Shown: positions 51,978 to 60,060 of the stretch, piece by piece
Position numbering within the stretch: position 1 is the stretch's first letter
Layout of the letters: every line of letters begins with the position of its first letter
Source of the DNA: an uncultured Brevundimonas sp.
GTDB taxonomy: Bacteria > Pseudomonadota > Alphaproteobacteria > Caulobacterales > Caulobacteraceae
NCBI RefSeq assembly: GCF_963975535.1
Contig: NZ_CAXBHE010000005.1
Span: 25,172 to 89,171 of the forward strand
Reading direction: 5' to 3'
DNA: 64,000 nucleotides
The notes under the pieces: model-generated
The model's input: the letters and a program-made list of their open reading frames with translations, nothing else
Told to the model about the DNA's origin: nothing
The model's database searches: none
Translations under genes and position numbers: made by a program

Positions 51978-52682
51978 GTGCGTTTCCGAAACCGCGTACT
52001 TTCATCCATAAGGGAAGAAGATATCGTCGCCCTGCGACCGCATCTGCGCGAGGTTCTCGTGGCGCGGGGACAGGTTCTGATCCCCGAAAACACGCGGGTC
52101 ACCCAGGTCTATTTTCCCAGCACCGCCATCCTGTCGAGCGTCATCGTTCTGCTGGACGGACGTCAGTGCGAGGTCTCCACGCTCGGAACCGAAGGGTTCG
52201 GCGGGGGGCTGGCCTGCCTGACCGGCGAGGTCTCGACCGAGCGCCTGTTCGCCCAGATCGCCGGCGGGCTGATCACCGTGCCCGCCGACGTCCTGAAAAC
52301 GCGGGCGCTGGCCAGTCCCGCCCTGCTGAACCTGTTGCTTCAGCGGCTCCAGGCGAGCCAGGTCGAGGCCGGACAGGGCGTGGCCTGTAACGCCCTGCAT
52401 GAGGCTCCGGCCCGGCTGGCGCGCTGGCTGCTGATGACCATGGATCGCATCGGCGCGACGGAGTTCCCCCTGACCCAGACCTATCTGGCGGTCATGGTCG
52501 GGGTCCAGCGCACGACGATCAGCGGCGTGGCCAACCGGCTCAAGCAAAAGGGCCTGATCGGCTACAGCCGGGGCCAGGTGACGATTCTGGATCCGGCCGG
52601 CCTTGAGACCGAGGCATGCGAATGCTACGCGGTCATCCGTAATCGCTCCGACGCCCTGGGCCTGGTTGACCGCCATGACTAG
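51978..52682 (+). CDS. Crp/Fnr family transcriptional regulator
   Basis: VYFP cNMP-like domain, ACNALH...RLARWLL, LTQ..LA.MVGVQRTTIS HTH, ACECY tail; GTG start. Confidence 0.93.
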   Translation: MRFRNRVLSSIREEDIVALRPHLREVLVARGQVLIPENTRVTQVYFPSTAILSSVIVLLDGRQCEVSTLGTEGFGGGLACLTGEVSTERLFAQIAGGLITVPADVLKTRALASPALLNLLLQRLQASQVEAGQGVACNALHEAPARLARWLLMTMDRIGATEFPLTQTYLAVMVGVQRTTISGVANRLKQKGLIGYSRGQVTILDPAGLETEACECYAVIRNRSDALGLVDRHD

Positions 52683-52768
52683 TCGCGCAGCGACCTTCCC
52701 CTCCCCCTCCGCCCGGGCCGTTCTGTGGATCGGCTCACCTCTTTGGCATGCTTCCCGATAGGCGACCG

Positions 52769-53419
52769 ATGTTGTCCCCATTGACCGCGCGACAGGAAGA
52801 ATGCCTGCGGCTGACGACATACCGGACCGACAAGGAAATCGCCGTCGCCCTGGGGCTTTCCGAGGCGACCGTGAAAAAGCACGTCCACGCCGCCTGTCAG
52901 CGACTGGGCGTCAACCGGCGCAAGGCGGCGCTGGCCCTTCTGGGACCAAAGGTACCAACGGCTACAAAGGACCCCATTGGTGACCTGGCTGAGGTGGGGC
53001 TTGATGCGCCTTCACCAACGGAAGACCACCATGCCCCCGATGACGGATCCCCTGCCACACTGGACCTGGGACGACCTGGAAACGGCCCTGGGTCAGTTCG
53101 ACCAGACGCAGCAGCTCGAGATGCTGCGCAGTCACCTGCTGAACGGCCTGCGCTCGGACGCGATCTCGGCGACACCGCCGGATCTGCTGGCCCAGGTGTT
53201 GAGCACAGCCTGGGTGCTGGCCCAGGTCGGCGCTTCGGCTACAGGCCCCCGCCCGGAGGCTGGGCGCTCCGCCTGCTGATCATCAGCCTTATCATCGTGT
53301 TCGGAGCCGTGATGCTGGTCGGCGTCTTCGAGATGTTGGTCCGCTATCAGCGTCAGGTCAGCGAAATCGACCGCACAGTCAGCCAGATCACTCATCCGAT
53401 CGATCCCGTTTCCCGTTAA
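52769..53419 (+). CDS. N-terminal LuxR-type HTH, low-complexity linker and C-terminal TM helix
   Basis: LTARQEECL...TDKEIAVALGLSEATVKKHV...LGV HTH; TM LRLLIISLIIVFGAVMLVGVF near the C-terminus. Confidence 0.82.
   Translation: MLSPLTARQEECLRLTTYRTDKEIAVALGLSEATVKKHVHAACQRLGVNRRKAALALLGPKVPTATKDPIGDLAEVGLDAPSPTEDHHAPDDGSPATLDLGRPGNGPGSVRPDAAARDAAQSPAERPALGRDLGDTAGSAGPGVEHSLGAGPGRRFGYRPPPGGWALRLLIISLIIVFGAVMLVGVFEMLVRYQRQVSEIDRTVSQITHPIDPVSR
53031..53279 (+). CDS. nested 82-aa protein in the +1 frame of the LuxR-TM gene
   Basis: GGAAG RBS-like motif 6 nt before ATG; 59 of the first 67 codons end in G/C; amphipathic helical sequence WTWDDLETALGQF...LRSHLLNGLR...LLAQVLSTAWVLAQ. Confidence 0.7.
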   Translation: MPPMTDPLPHWTWDDLETALGQFDQTQQLEMLRSHLLNGLRSDAISATPPDLLAQVLSTAWVLAQVGASATGPRPEAGRSAC

Positions 53420-53456
53420 CGGCAGGGATCGTTCGCCGAACCGGAACTGAATCTGC

Positions 53457-53912
53457 ATGGACCCGCTTCCGGCCGCCTTTCTGGTCTCCGCCCTGGTCAT
53501 CTTTCCCCTGGCCTGGCTGGGAGGTGGACATACCGAACGGTCGGGGGTGGCGCTGTATATGTGCCTGTTTTTCGTCAGCCCCCTGGTTCAGCAGTACCGG
53601 ATCGGCAATCTGATGTGGGCTACAGCCCTGATCGATCTCGTCTTCCTGATCGGTCTTGTCTGGCTGGCGCTGAAGCGGGAACGCTGGTGGCCGCTGGTGG
53701 CCTCCGCCTTCCAGGTCATGGTCATGCTGATCTATCTCAGCACGGCACTGGTGCCGGGCTTTGATACCCGGTCCGGGGTTGTGGCGATCATGGTCCTCGG
53801 CATGCTGGCGCTTTTCTGCCTGCTGGGTGGCGTGGTGGAACGGATTCTGGCCGGCGAGGCTCCCGTCAGCGCGTCCGCGGTCTGGCGACGCCGTCGCCCG
53901 GCCCCGCTCTGA
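53457..53912 (+). CDS. hypothetical 4-5 TM membrane protein
   Basis: Hydrophobic throughout; WLGGGHTER, IDLVFL.GLVWLALK.ERWWPL..SAFQ pattern. Confidence 0.85.
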   Translation: MDPLPAAFLVSALVIFPLAWLGGGHTERSGVALYMCLFFVSPLVQQYRIGNLMWATALIDLVFLIGLVWLALKRERWWPLVASAFQVMVMLIYLSTALVPGFDTRSGVVAIMVLGMLALFCLLGGVVERILAGEAPVSASAVWRRRRPAPL

Positions 53913-53927
53913 CACCAGCCCGCTTGA

Positions 53928-53951
53928 ACATATAAGCATATCTTTATATGT
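53928..53951. promoter_or_regulatory. palindromic operator upstream of metK (SahR-like)
   Basis: ACATATAA-N8-TTATATGT perfect 8-bp arms, 45 bp upstream of the metK TTG. Confidence 0.7.
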
Positions 53952-53995
53952 TTGTCGGAATACCCGATGGGTCCCCCCCGACCAGGAGCCTTTGC

Positions 53996-55189
53996 TTGTC
54001 CCGTTCCTCATTCCTCTTCACCTCCGAAAGCGTCTCCGAGGGTCATCCCGACAAGGTCGCGGACCGCATCTCCGACACCGTGGTCGACCTGTTCCTGTCC
54101 AAGGACCCCGAGGCCCGGGTCGCCTGCGAGACCCTGACCACGACCAATCTGGTGGTGCTGGCCGGCGAGATCCGCGGCAACGGCATCATGGGCAAGGACG
54201 GCCAGTGGGCCCCGGGCGTCGAACAGGAAATCGAGACCGCCGTGCGCGCCGCGGTGCGTGACATCGGCTATGAACAGACCGGCTTTCACTGGGAAACCTT
54301 CGAATTCATCAACCGCCTGCATGGCCAGTCCGCCGACATCGCCGTCGGCGTCGACGCCGCCGGCAACAAGGATGAAGGCGCGGGCGACCAGGGCATCATG
54401 TTCGGTTACGCCTCGAACGAGACCCCCGAGCTGATGCCGGCGACCCTGCAGTACAGCCACAACATCCTGAAACGCCTGGCCGAGGTGCGCCACGCCGGCG
54501 GCTCGAAGCTGGAGCCCGACGCCAAGAGCCAGGTGACCATTCTGTACGAGAACGGCGTGCCCATGCGCGCCACCTCGATCGTGCTGTCGACCCAGCATGC
54601 GGCGGGGCTCTCGGCGGCCGAGGTCACGGCCATCGTCAAACCTCACATCCTGGCGGTCCTGCCCGAAGGCTTCACCGACGACGCCACCGAGTGGCACATC
54701 AATCCGACCGGTATCTTCGAGATCGGCGGACCCGACGGTGACGCCGGGGTCACCGGGCGCAAGATCATCGTCGACACCTACGGCGGCGCGGCCCCCCACG
54801 GCGGCGGGGCCTTCTCCGGCAAGGACCCGACCAAGGTCGACCGCTCGGCGGCCTACGCCTGCCGCTACCTGGCCAAGAATGTCGTGGCCGCCGGCCTGGC
54901 CGACCGCTGCACCATCCAGATCAGCTATGCCATCGGCGTGTCCAGGCCCCTGTCGGTCCACGTCGACCTGCACGGCACCGGCAAGGTTGCGGAAGCGGTG
55001 CTGGAGACGGCGCTTCCCGAAATGATCGGCGGGGCCACCCCGCGCGCCATCCGCGAGCACCTGGGTCTGAACCGGCCGATCTATGCCCGCACCGCGGCCT
55101 ATGGCCATTTCGGCCGGGCGCCGGACGCCGACGGCGGTTTCAGCTGGGAAAAGACCGACCTGGTCGATCGCCTCAAGGCGCTGGTCTAG
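53996..55189 (+). CDS. metK: S-adenosylmethionine synthetase
   Basis: [62 protein letters not shown]; TTG start behind AGGAG. Confidence 0.97.
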   Translation: MSRSSFLFTSESVSEGHPDKVADRISDTVVDLFLSKDPEARVACETLTTTNLVVLAGEIRGNGIMGKDGQWAPGVEQEIETAVRAAVRDIGYEQTGFHWETFEFINRLHGQSADIAVGVDAAGNKDEGAGDQGIMFGYASNETPELMPATLQYSHNILKRLAEVRHAGGSKLEPDAKSQVTILYENGVPMRATSIVLSTQHAAGLSAAEVTAIVKPHILAVLPEGFTDDATEWHINPTGIFEIGGPDGDAGVTGRKIIVDTYGGAAPHGGGAFSGKDPTKVDRSAAYACRYLAKNVVAAGLADRCTIQISYAIGVSRPLSVHVDLHGTGKVAEAVLETALPEMIGGATPRAIREHLGLNRPIYARTAAYGHFGRAPDADGGFSWEKTDLVDRLKALV

Positions 55190-55428
55190 ACGTCAATTTC
55201 GGGCTCGCCGGTCTCCGGTGAGCCCTTCGGCGGTTCCTTGGCCTCGGCCACATGGCGTTGCGGGGGATCGAGGACGGCTCCGAATCCGAACAGGGCGGCG
55301 GCTATCAGTCCTAGCCCGCCCCGACGTTTTCCGGCCGGCCGTGACCGGGTGACCGCCATCGTGGCCCAGATGACCCCCGCAATCATCAAGAGCCCGGCAG
55401 TCCAGCCGACAAGGTCGCGCATCGTCAT
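55186..55428 (-). CDS. small hypothetical membrane protein
   Basis: 80 aa, two hydrophobic segments and a charged tail; 4-bp convergent overlap with metK. Confidence 0.65.
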   Translation of the reverse strand: MTMRDLVGWTAGLLMIAGVIWATMAVTRSRPAGKRRGGLGLIAAALFGFGAVLDPPQRHVAEAKEPPKGSPETGEPEIDV

Positions 55429-55512
55429 TTCTTCGTGCCGGACCGACAGATGGCGGTTCGTGCCCGTCGTTTAAAGGCTCCCGTCCACCTCGAGACCTTT
55501 CTATAAGCCCCC

Positions 55513-56226
55513 ATGGCCACCGATCCCGACAATCCATTCACCGACCGTCCGCTGCGCTCGTTCGGCCGCATCAAGTCGCGCGCGATCAAGCCGAAACAGG
55601 CGGTGCTGTTCGATACCCTGCTGCCGGACATCGCTGTGCCCGACCCGAAGGCGGGCCCGCTTGATCCCGCCGCCCTGATGCCCGGGGCGAAGGCCGTGTG
55701 GCTGGAGATCGGTTTCGGCGGCGGCGAGCATCTCGCCGAACAGGCCGCCCGCCATCCGGACACCCTGATGATCGGCTGCGAGCCCTTTCTCAACGGCGTG
55801 GCCTCAGCCCTGCGCCATATCGACGAGCGTGGCCTGAAGAATGTCCGCCTCCATGCCGACGACGCGCGTGACGTGCTGGACGCCCTGCCCGATGCCGCGC
55901 TGGACCGGGTCATGATCCTGTTCCCCGATCCCTGGCACAAGGCGCGCCACAACAAGCGCCGCCTGCTCAATGACGAGACCGCCGCGGTCCTTGCCCGGGT
56001 GCTGAAGCCCGGCGGCCGGGTGCGATTCGTCACCGACTGGGCCGACTACGCCGACTGGGCCCTGGAGCGGCTGCAGCGCACGCCCGGCCTGGTCGAGATG
56101 GACCCGGGCGAGGGCTACTGGCCGCAGCGGGCCATGACCCCGCCCGCCGACCATGTCGTCACCCGCTACGAGGAAAAGAAACTGGGCGACACCGCGCCGA
56201 TCTTCCTGGAGTTCAGTCGCGTCTGA
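55513..56226 (+). CDS. trmB: tRNA (guanine46-N7)-methyltransferase
   Basis: LEIGFGGGE, GCEPF, FPDPWHK.RHNKRR, TDW, TRYEEK. Confidence 0.96.
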   Translation: MATDPDNPFTDRPLRSFGRIKSRAIKPKQAVLFDTLLPDIAVPDPKAGPLDPAALMPGAKAVWLEIGFGGGEHLAEQAARHPDTLMIGCEPFLNGVASALRHIDERGLKNVRLHADDARDVLDALPDAALDRVMILFPDPWHKARHNKRRLLNDETAAVLARVLKPGGRVRFVTDWADYADWALERLQRTPGLVEMDPGEGYWPQRAMTPPADHVVTRYEEKKLGDTAPIFLEFSRV

Positions 56227-56731
56227 ACCACACCGTCCGGCGCAGGGCGGCGGCGCAAACCACCACGGCCGCTGACTTGACCCCGGCTCCGGCCAGGAAG
56301 GGCGTGAAGCCGGCGGCCATCGCCGGGCCCGCGCCGACCTGGGTCGCCAGCCAAGCGGTGCCGAGACCAAGGATCAGTAGATGCGCCCCGATCATCAGGG
56401 CGACCCCGGACGCCGGGCCCGCGAACGCCGGACGGCGAGCCAGGGTCCCGGCGATGAAGGCTGCGACCGGAAAGGCGAACAGATAGCCGGCGGTCGGACC
56501 GGCGAACCGCTGCCAGCCCCCGGTGCCGTCCGAAAGCACCGGCAGGCCCAGCGCCGCCAGGGCCAGATAGACCAGGACCGCCACCGCCCCCCAGGTCCCG
56601 CCCAGCACCGCCCCGGCCAGCAGGACCGCGAACGTCTGCAGCGTCATCGGCACCGGCACCATGGGCACCGCCACCTGGGCGCAGAGCACCATCAGCGCGA
56701 CAAATCCGGCCACGGCGATCAATCGACGCAT
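56213..56731 (-). CDS. bioY: biotin ECF substrate-binding component BioY
   Basis: PVPMTLQTFAV, LGLPVL, GPTAGYL..F. Confidence 0.93.
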   Translation of the reverse strand: MRRLIAVAGFVALMVLCAQVAVPMVPVPMTLQTFAVLLAGAVLGGTWGAVAVLVYLALAALGLPVLSDGTGGWQRFAGPTAGYLFAFPVAAFIAGTLARRPAFAGPASGVALMIGAHLLILGLGTAWLATQVGAGPAMAAGFTPFLAGAGVKSAAVVVCAAALRRTVWFRRD

Positions 56732-56745
56732 CCGCGTCTCCCACT

Positions 56746-56774
56746 TTGCATTTGTCCGAAAGGCCCTCTATACC
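56746..56774 (+). promoter_or_regulatory. sigma70-like promoter of the rimP-nusA-infB operon
   Basis: TTGCAT-N17-TATACC. Confidence 0.6.
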
Positions 56775-56816
56775 GCCTGTCACATCGTTAGACCGGCGTC
56801 CAACGGCGTCGTTCAC

Positions 56817-56849
56817 AGCGGCGGCCCGGGGACGGCCAGCCGCTTTTTT
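56817..56849 (+). terminator. intrinsic terminator-like attenuator in the rimP leader
   Basis: AGCGGC-GGCC...GGCC-A-GCCGCT stem followed by a T tract, ending 8 nt before the rimP ATG. Confidence 0.7.
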
Positions 56850-56857
56850 ATTGAGTA

Positions 56858-57514
56858 ATGCCCGCCTTGCGCGCCAAGACCCCCGAAGACCGCAAACTGC
56901 TCGAGATGATCGACCCGATCGCTGAAAGCCTCGGGCTGGAGATCGTGCGCGTGCGCCTGATGGGCGGCACCCTGCGCCGGCGACTGCAGATCATGGCCGA
57001 ACGCGCCGTCGACAATGACATCGCCGTCGAGGAATGCGCCCGTCTGAGCCGCGCCGTGTCCGAGGTGCTGGACGCCGCCGACCCGATCGCCGGCGAATAC
57101 CTGCTGGAAGTCTCCTCGCCCGGCGTCGACCGGCCGCTGACCCGGCTGAAGGATTTCGACCTGTTCGCAGGCTTCGAGGCCCGGATCGAGACCGACCGGA
57201 TGGTCGAGGGCCGCAAACGCTTCAAGGGCATCCTGGCCGGAACCGAGGGCGACGCCGTCGCCATCGATCTCGACGGCGAGGACGATACCGCCCTGCTGCC
57301 GTTCGAATGGCTGCATGACGCCAAGCTGGTGCTGACCGACGCCCTGCTGAACCGCGGAGCCGCCCTGCGCGCCGCCCGCGGCGAATCCGACGAGCCCGGC
57401 GGTGGCCCGGCCGACGACCCGGACCTGCCGCAACGCGGCGTGGCCCAGCCGAAGAAGACCTTTCTCAAGACCCCTTCCCCCAAGACAACCAAGACCAAAA
57501 GGGACAAAGCCTGA
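56858..57514 (+). CDS. rimP: ribosome maturation factor RimP
   Basis: [36 protein letters not shown]. Confidence 0.96.
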   Translation: MPALRAKTPEDRKLLEMIDPIAESLGLEIVRVRLMGGTLRRRLQIMAERAVDNDIAVEECARLSRAVSEVLDAADPIAGEYLLEVSSPGVDRPLTRLKDFDLFAGFEARIETDRMVEGRKRFKGILAGTEGDAVAIDLDGEDDTALLPFEWLHDAKLVLTDALLNRGAALRAARGESDEPGGGPADDPDLPQRGVAQPKKTFLKTPSPKTTKTKRDKA

Positions 57515-59265
57515 TGGCCGTCACCGGTATTTCCGCCAACCGTCTCGAACTGCTGCAGATCGCGGACGCTGTCGCGCGTGAGAAGAACATCGACAAGGAG
57601 ATCGTCGTCGAGGCGATCGAGGAAGCGATCCAGAAGGGTGCCAAGTCGCGCTACGGGGCGCACCACGACATCCGCGCCAAGATCGACATCAAGACCGGCG
57701 AAATGCTGCTGACCCGTCACGTCACCATCGTGCCCGACGACTGGCAGCCGGAAGACGAGCTGGAAGAGTTCAACGACAGCGCCATGGTGCGGCTGACCGA
57801 CGCGATGAAGCGCGACCCCGAGGCCGTGGTCGGCAAGGAATATGTCGAGGTCCTGCCGCCGTTCGAATTCGGCCGGGTCCAGACCCAGATGGCCCGCCAG
57901 GTCGTGACCGGCAAGGTCCGCGAGGCCGAGCGCGCCAACCAGTACGAAGAGTTCAAGGATCGCGTCGGCGAGATCGTCAACGGCACGGTCAAGCGCGTCG
58001 AATACGGCAACACCATCGTCGATCTGGGCCGGGGCGAGGGCATCATGCGCCGTAACGACTCGATCCCGCGCGAGGTGTTCAACATCGGCGACCGCATCCG
58101 CACCTACATCTACGACGTCCGCGCCGAGGCCAAGGGTCCGCAGGTCATGCTGTCGCGCGCCCATCCGGGCTTCATGGCCAAGCTGTTCGCCCAGGAAGTG
58201 CCCGAAGTCTACGACGGCGTCATCGAGATCCGCGCCGCCGCGCGCGACGCCGGCTCGCGCGCCAAGATGGCCGTCCTGTCCAACGACTCCTCGATCGATC
58301 CGGTCGGGGCCTGCGTCGGTATGCGCGGTTCGCGCGTCCAGGCCGTCGTCGCCGAACTGCAGGGCGAGAAGATCGACATCATCCAGTGGAACCCGGACGA
58401 GCCGACCTTCATCGTCAACGCCCTGGCCCCGGCCGAGGTCTCCAAGGTCGTGCTGGACGAGGAAGCCGACCGCGTCGAGGTCGTCGTGCCCGATGAGCAG
58501 CTGTCGCTGGCCATCGGCCGTCGCGGCCAGAACGTGCGCCTCGCCTCGCAGCTGACCGGCTGGCAGATCGACATCATCACCGAGTCCCAGGACTCCGAGC
58601 GTCGCCAACGCGAGTTCGCCGAACGGACCCAGCTGTTCCAGGAGGCCCTCGACGTCGACGAGGTCATCGCCCAGCTGCTGGTCACCGAAGGCTTCGCCAC
58701 GGTCGAGGACCTGGCCTTCGTGGAGGCCTATGAAATCTCCGAGATCGAAGGCTTCGACGAGGACACGGCCGAGGAACTCCAGGCCCGCGCCGCCGACTAT
58801 CTGGCCAAACAGGCCGCCGTGCTGGACGCCAGGCGTATCGAGCTCGGGGTCGAGGACGCCGTGCTGCAGGTTCCGGGCGTGAGTCTGCCGATGGCCGTGG
58901 CCCTCGGCGAGGGTGGCGTGAAGACGGTCGACGACCTGGCCGACCTGGCCACCGACGAAATCCGCGGCGGCTTCGACATCAAGGACGGCGAGCGGATCAA
59001 ACTGCCCGGCGTGCTGGAAAGCTTCAACCTGGCCCAGGCGGATGCCGAAATGCTGATCCTCCAGGCCCGCGTGGCCGCCGGCTGGATCGACGCCTCGGAA
59101 CTGCCGCAGCCGGAACCCGAGCCGGAGTACGAAGAGGCCGGCGAAGACGCTGTTCTCGACGCCGAGGCCGTGTTCGACGCCCCGGCCGAGGCTGACGGCG
59201 ACGCGGACGACGATCTCGAGACGGAGGTCCCCGCCGGGGACCCCGAAACCCCCAGCGACGCGTGA
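57514..59265 (+). CDS. nusA: transcription termination/antitermination factor NusA
   Basis: EFGRV..Q.A.QV, S1/KH domains, [32 protein letters not shown]. Confidence 0.97.
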   Translation: MAVTGISANRLELLQIADAVAREKNIDKEIVVEAIEEAIQKGAKSRYGAHHDIRAKIDIKTGEMLLTRHVTIVPDDWQPEDELEEFNDSAMVRLTDAMKRDPEAVVGKEYVEVLPPFEFGRVQTQMARQVVTGKVREAERANQYEEFKDRVGEIVNGTVKRVEYGNTIVDLGRGEGIMRRNDSIPREVFNIGDRIRTYIYDVRAEAKGPQVMLSRAHPGFMAKLFAQEVPEVYDGVIEIRAAARDAGSRAKMAVLSNDSSIDPVGACVGMRGSRVQAVVAELQGEKIDIIQWNPDEPTFIVNALAPAEVSKVVLDEEADRVEVVVPDEQLSLAIGRRGQNVRLASQLTGWQIDIITESQDSERRQREFAERTQLFQEALDVDEVIAQLLVTEGFATVEDLAFVEAYEISEIEGFDEDTAEELQARAADYLAKQAAVLDARRIELGVEDAVLQVPGVSLPMAVALGEGGVKTVDDLADLATDEIRGGFDIKDGERIKLPGVLESFNLAQADAEMLILQARVAAGWIDASELPQPEPEPEYEEAGEDAVLDAEAVFDAPAEADGDADDDLETEVPAGDPETPSDA

Positions 59266-59283
59266 TGGGACGCCGGGCCGTTC

Positions 59284-59979
59284 ATGGGATTGCGCGACGC
59301 AACGATCGATAGGGAACGCCGCGACCTGGTCACGCACCAGGTCATGGAAGAATCTCGTCTGATCCGCTTCGTCGCCGCCCCGGACGGCTCGGTCGCCCCC
59401 GACCTGGGTCGCAAACTGCCCGGCCGCGGCCTCTGGGTCGCCGCCGACCGGGCCTCGGTCGAGACCGCAGTCCGGAAAAACCTGTTTTCGCGGGCCGCCA
59501 AGGCCCCGCTCAGGCCGGCCACCGACCTCGCGGACACCGTCGAGGCCCTGCTGGTGCGTCGGGTTCTCGACCAGCTGGGCCTTGCCCGACGCGAAGGCGT
59601 GCTTATCTCTGGGTTCGAGAAGTCGGCAGCGGCGATCCGTGCCGGCAAGGCCGCCTGGCTGATCGAGGCGAGCGACGGTTCACAGGACGGTCGCGGCAAG
59701 CTTCTGGGCCTCGCCCGGCACCAGCAACCGCCACCCAAAGTCTGCGGCACCTTCAGTGCGGACGATTTGAGTTTGGCCCTTGGGCTGGAAAATGCGATAC
59801 ACGCCGTCCTGCTTGCGGGCGGGCGGGCCGATCGCTGGACCGTAGAGGTCGAGCGACTGGCGGGATTTCGACCGCTCCACCCTCGGGACTGGCTCCAGGA
59901 ACGCCCTGGACTCGAGACCGGGGACGGATCGGATGAAGCCCCCGGAATGGGTTTTGACGGGCGGGGTTCCGCCTCCTGA
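59284..59979 (+). CDS. ylxR: YlxR/DUF448 RNA-binding protein fused to an L7Ae-like domain
   Basis: LIRFVAAPDG, GRGLWV, LGLARREG, SLALG.ENAIH; position in the nusA operon. Confidence 0.9.
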   Translation: MGLRDATIDRERRDLVTHQVMEESRLIRFVAAPDGSVAPDLGRKLPGRGLWVAADRASVETAVRKNLFSRAAKAPLRPATDLADTVEALLVRRVLDQLGLARREGVLISGFEKSAAAIRAGKAAWLIEASDGSQDGRGKLLGLARHQQPPPKVCGTFSADDLSLALGLENAIHAVLLAGGRADRWTVEVERLAGFRPLHPRDWLQERPGLETGDGSDEAPGMGFDGRGSAS

Positions 59980-60060
59980 ACGGGGAGGTGGGGCCACGCG
60001 CGGCTATTTGTGTTTGAACGAGACGATGGCGGGATTCTCCGCCCCGAGTAAAGCGACCGG

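Noticed and set aside
52871-52880. G_AAA_AAG slippery-like sequence in the LuxR HTH as a route into the nested frame
   Set aside because: Such motifs promote -1 shifts, the nested ORF is +1, and a shift here would cut the HTH
53438-53452. GAAC-N7-GAAT, a near LexA box before the membrane-protein gene
   Set aside because: One mismatch in an 8-base motif inside a 37-bp spacer; could easily be chance
47160-53990. attL/attR duplication of the tRNA-Thr 3' end
   Set aside because: No second copy of the tRNA 3' sequence was found by eye and no integrase is present, so no mobile element is called
53913-53995. SAM riboswitch upstream of metK
   Set aside because: Leader is too short and no SAM-II or SAM-alpha consensus is visible; a DNA palindrome explains the region better
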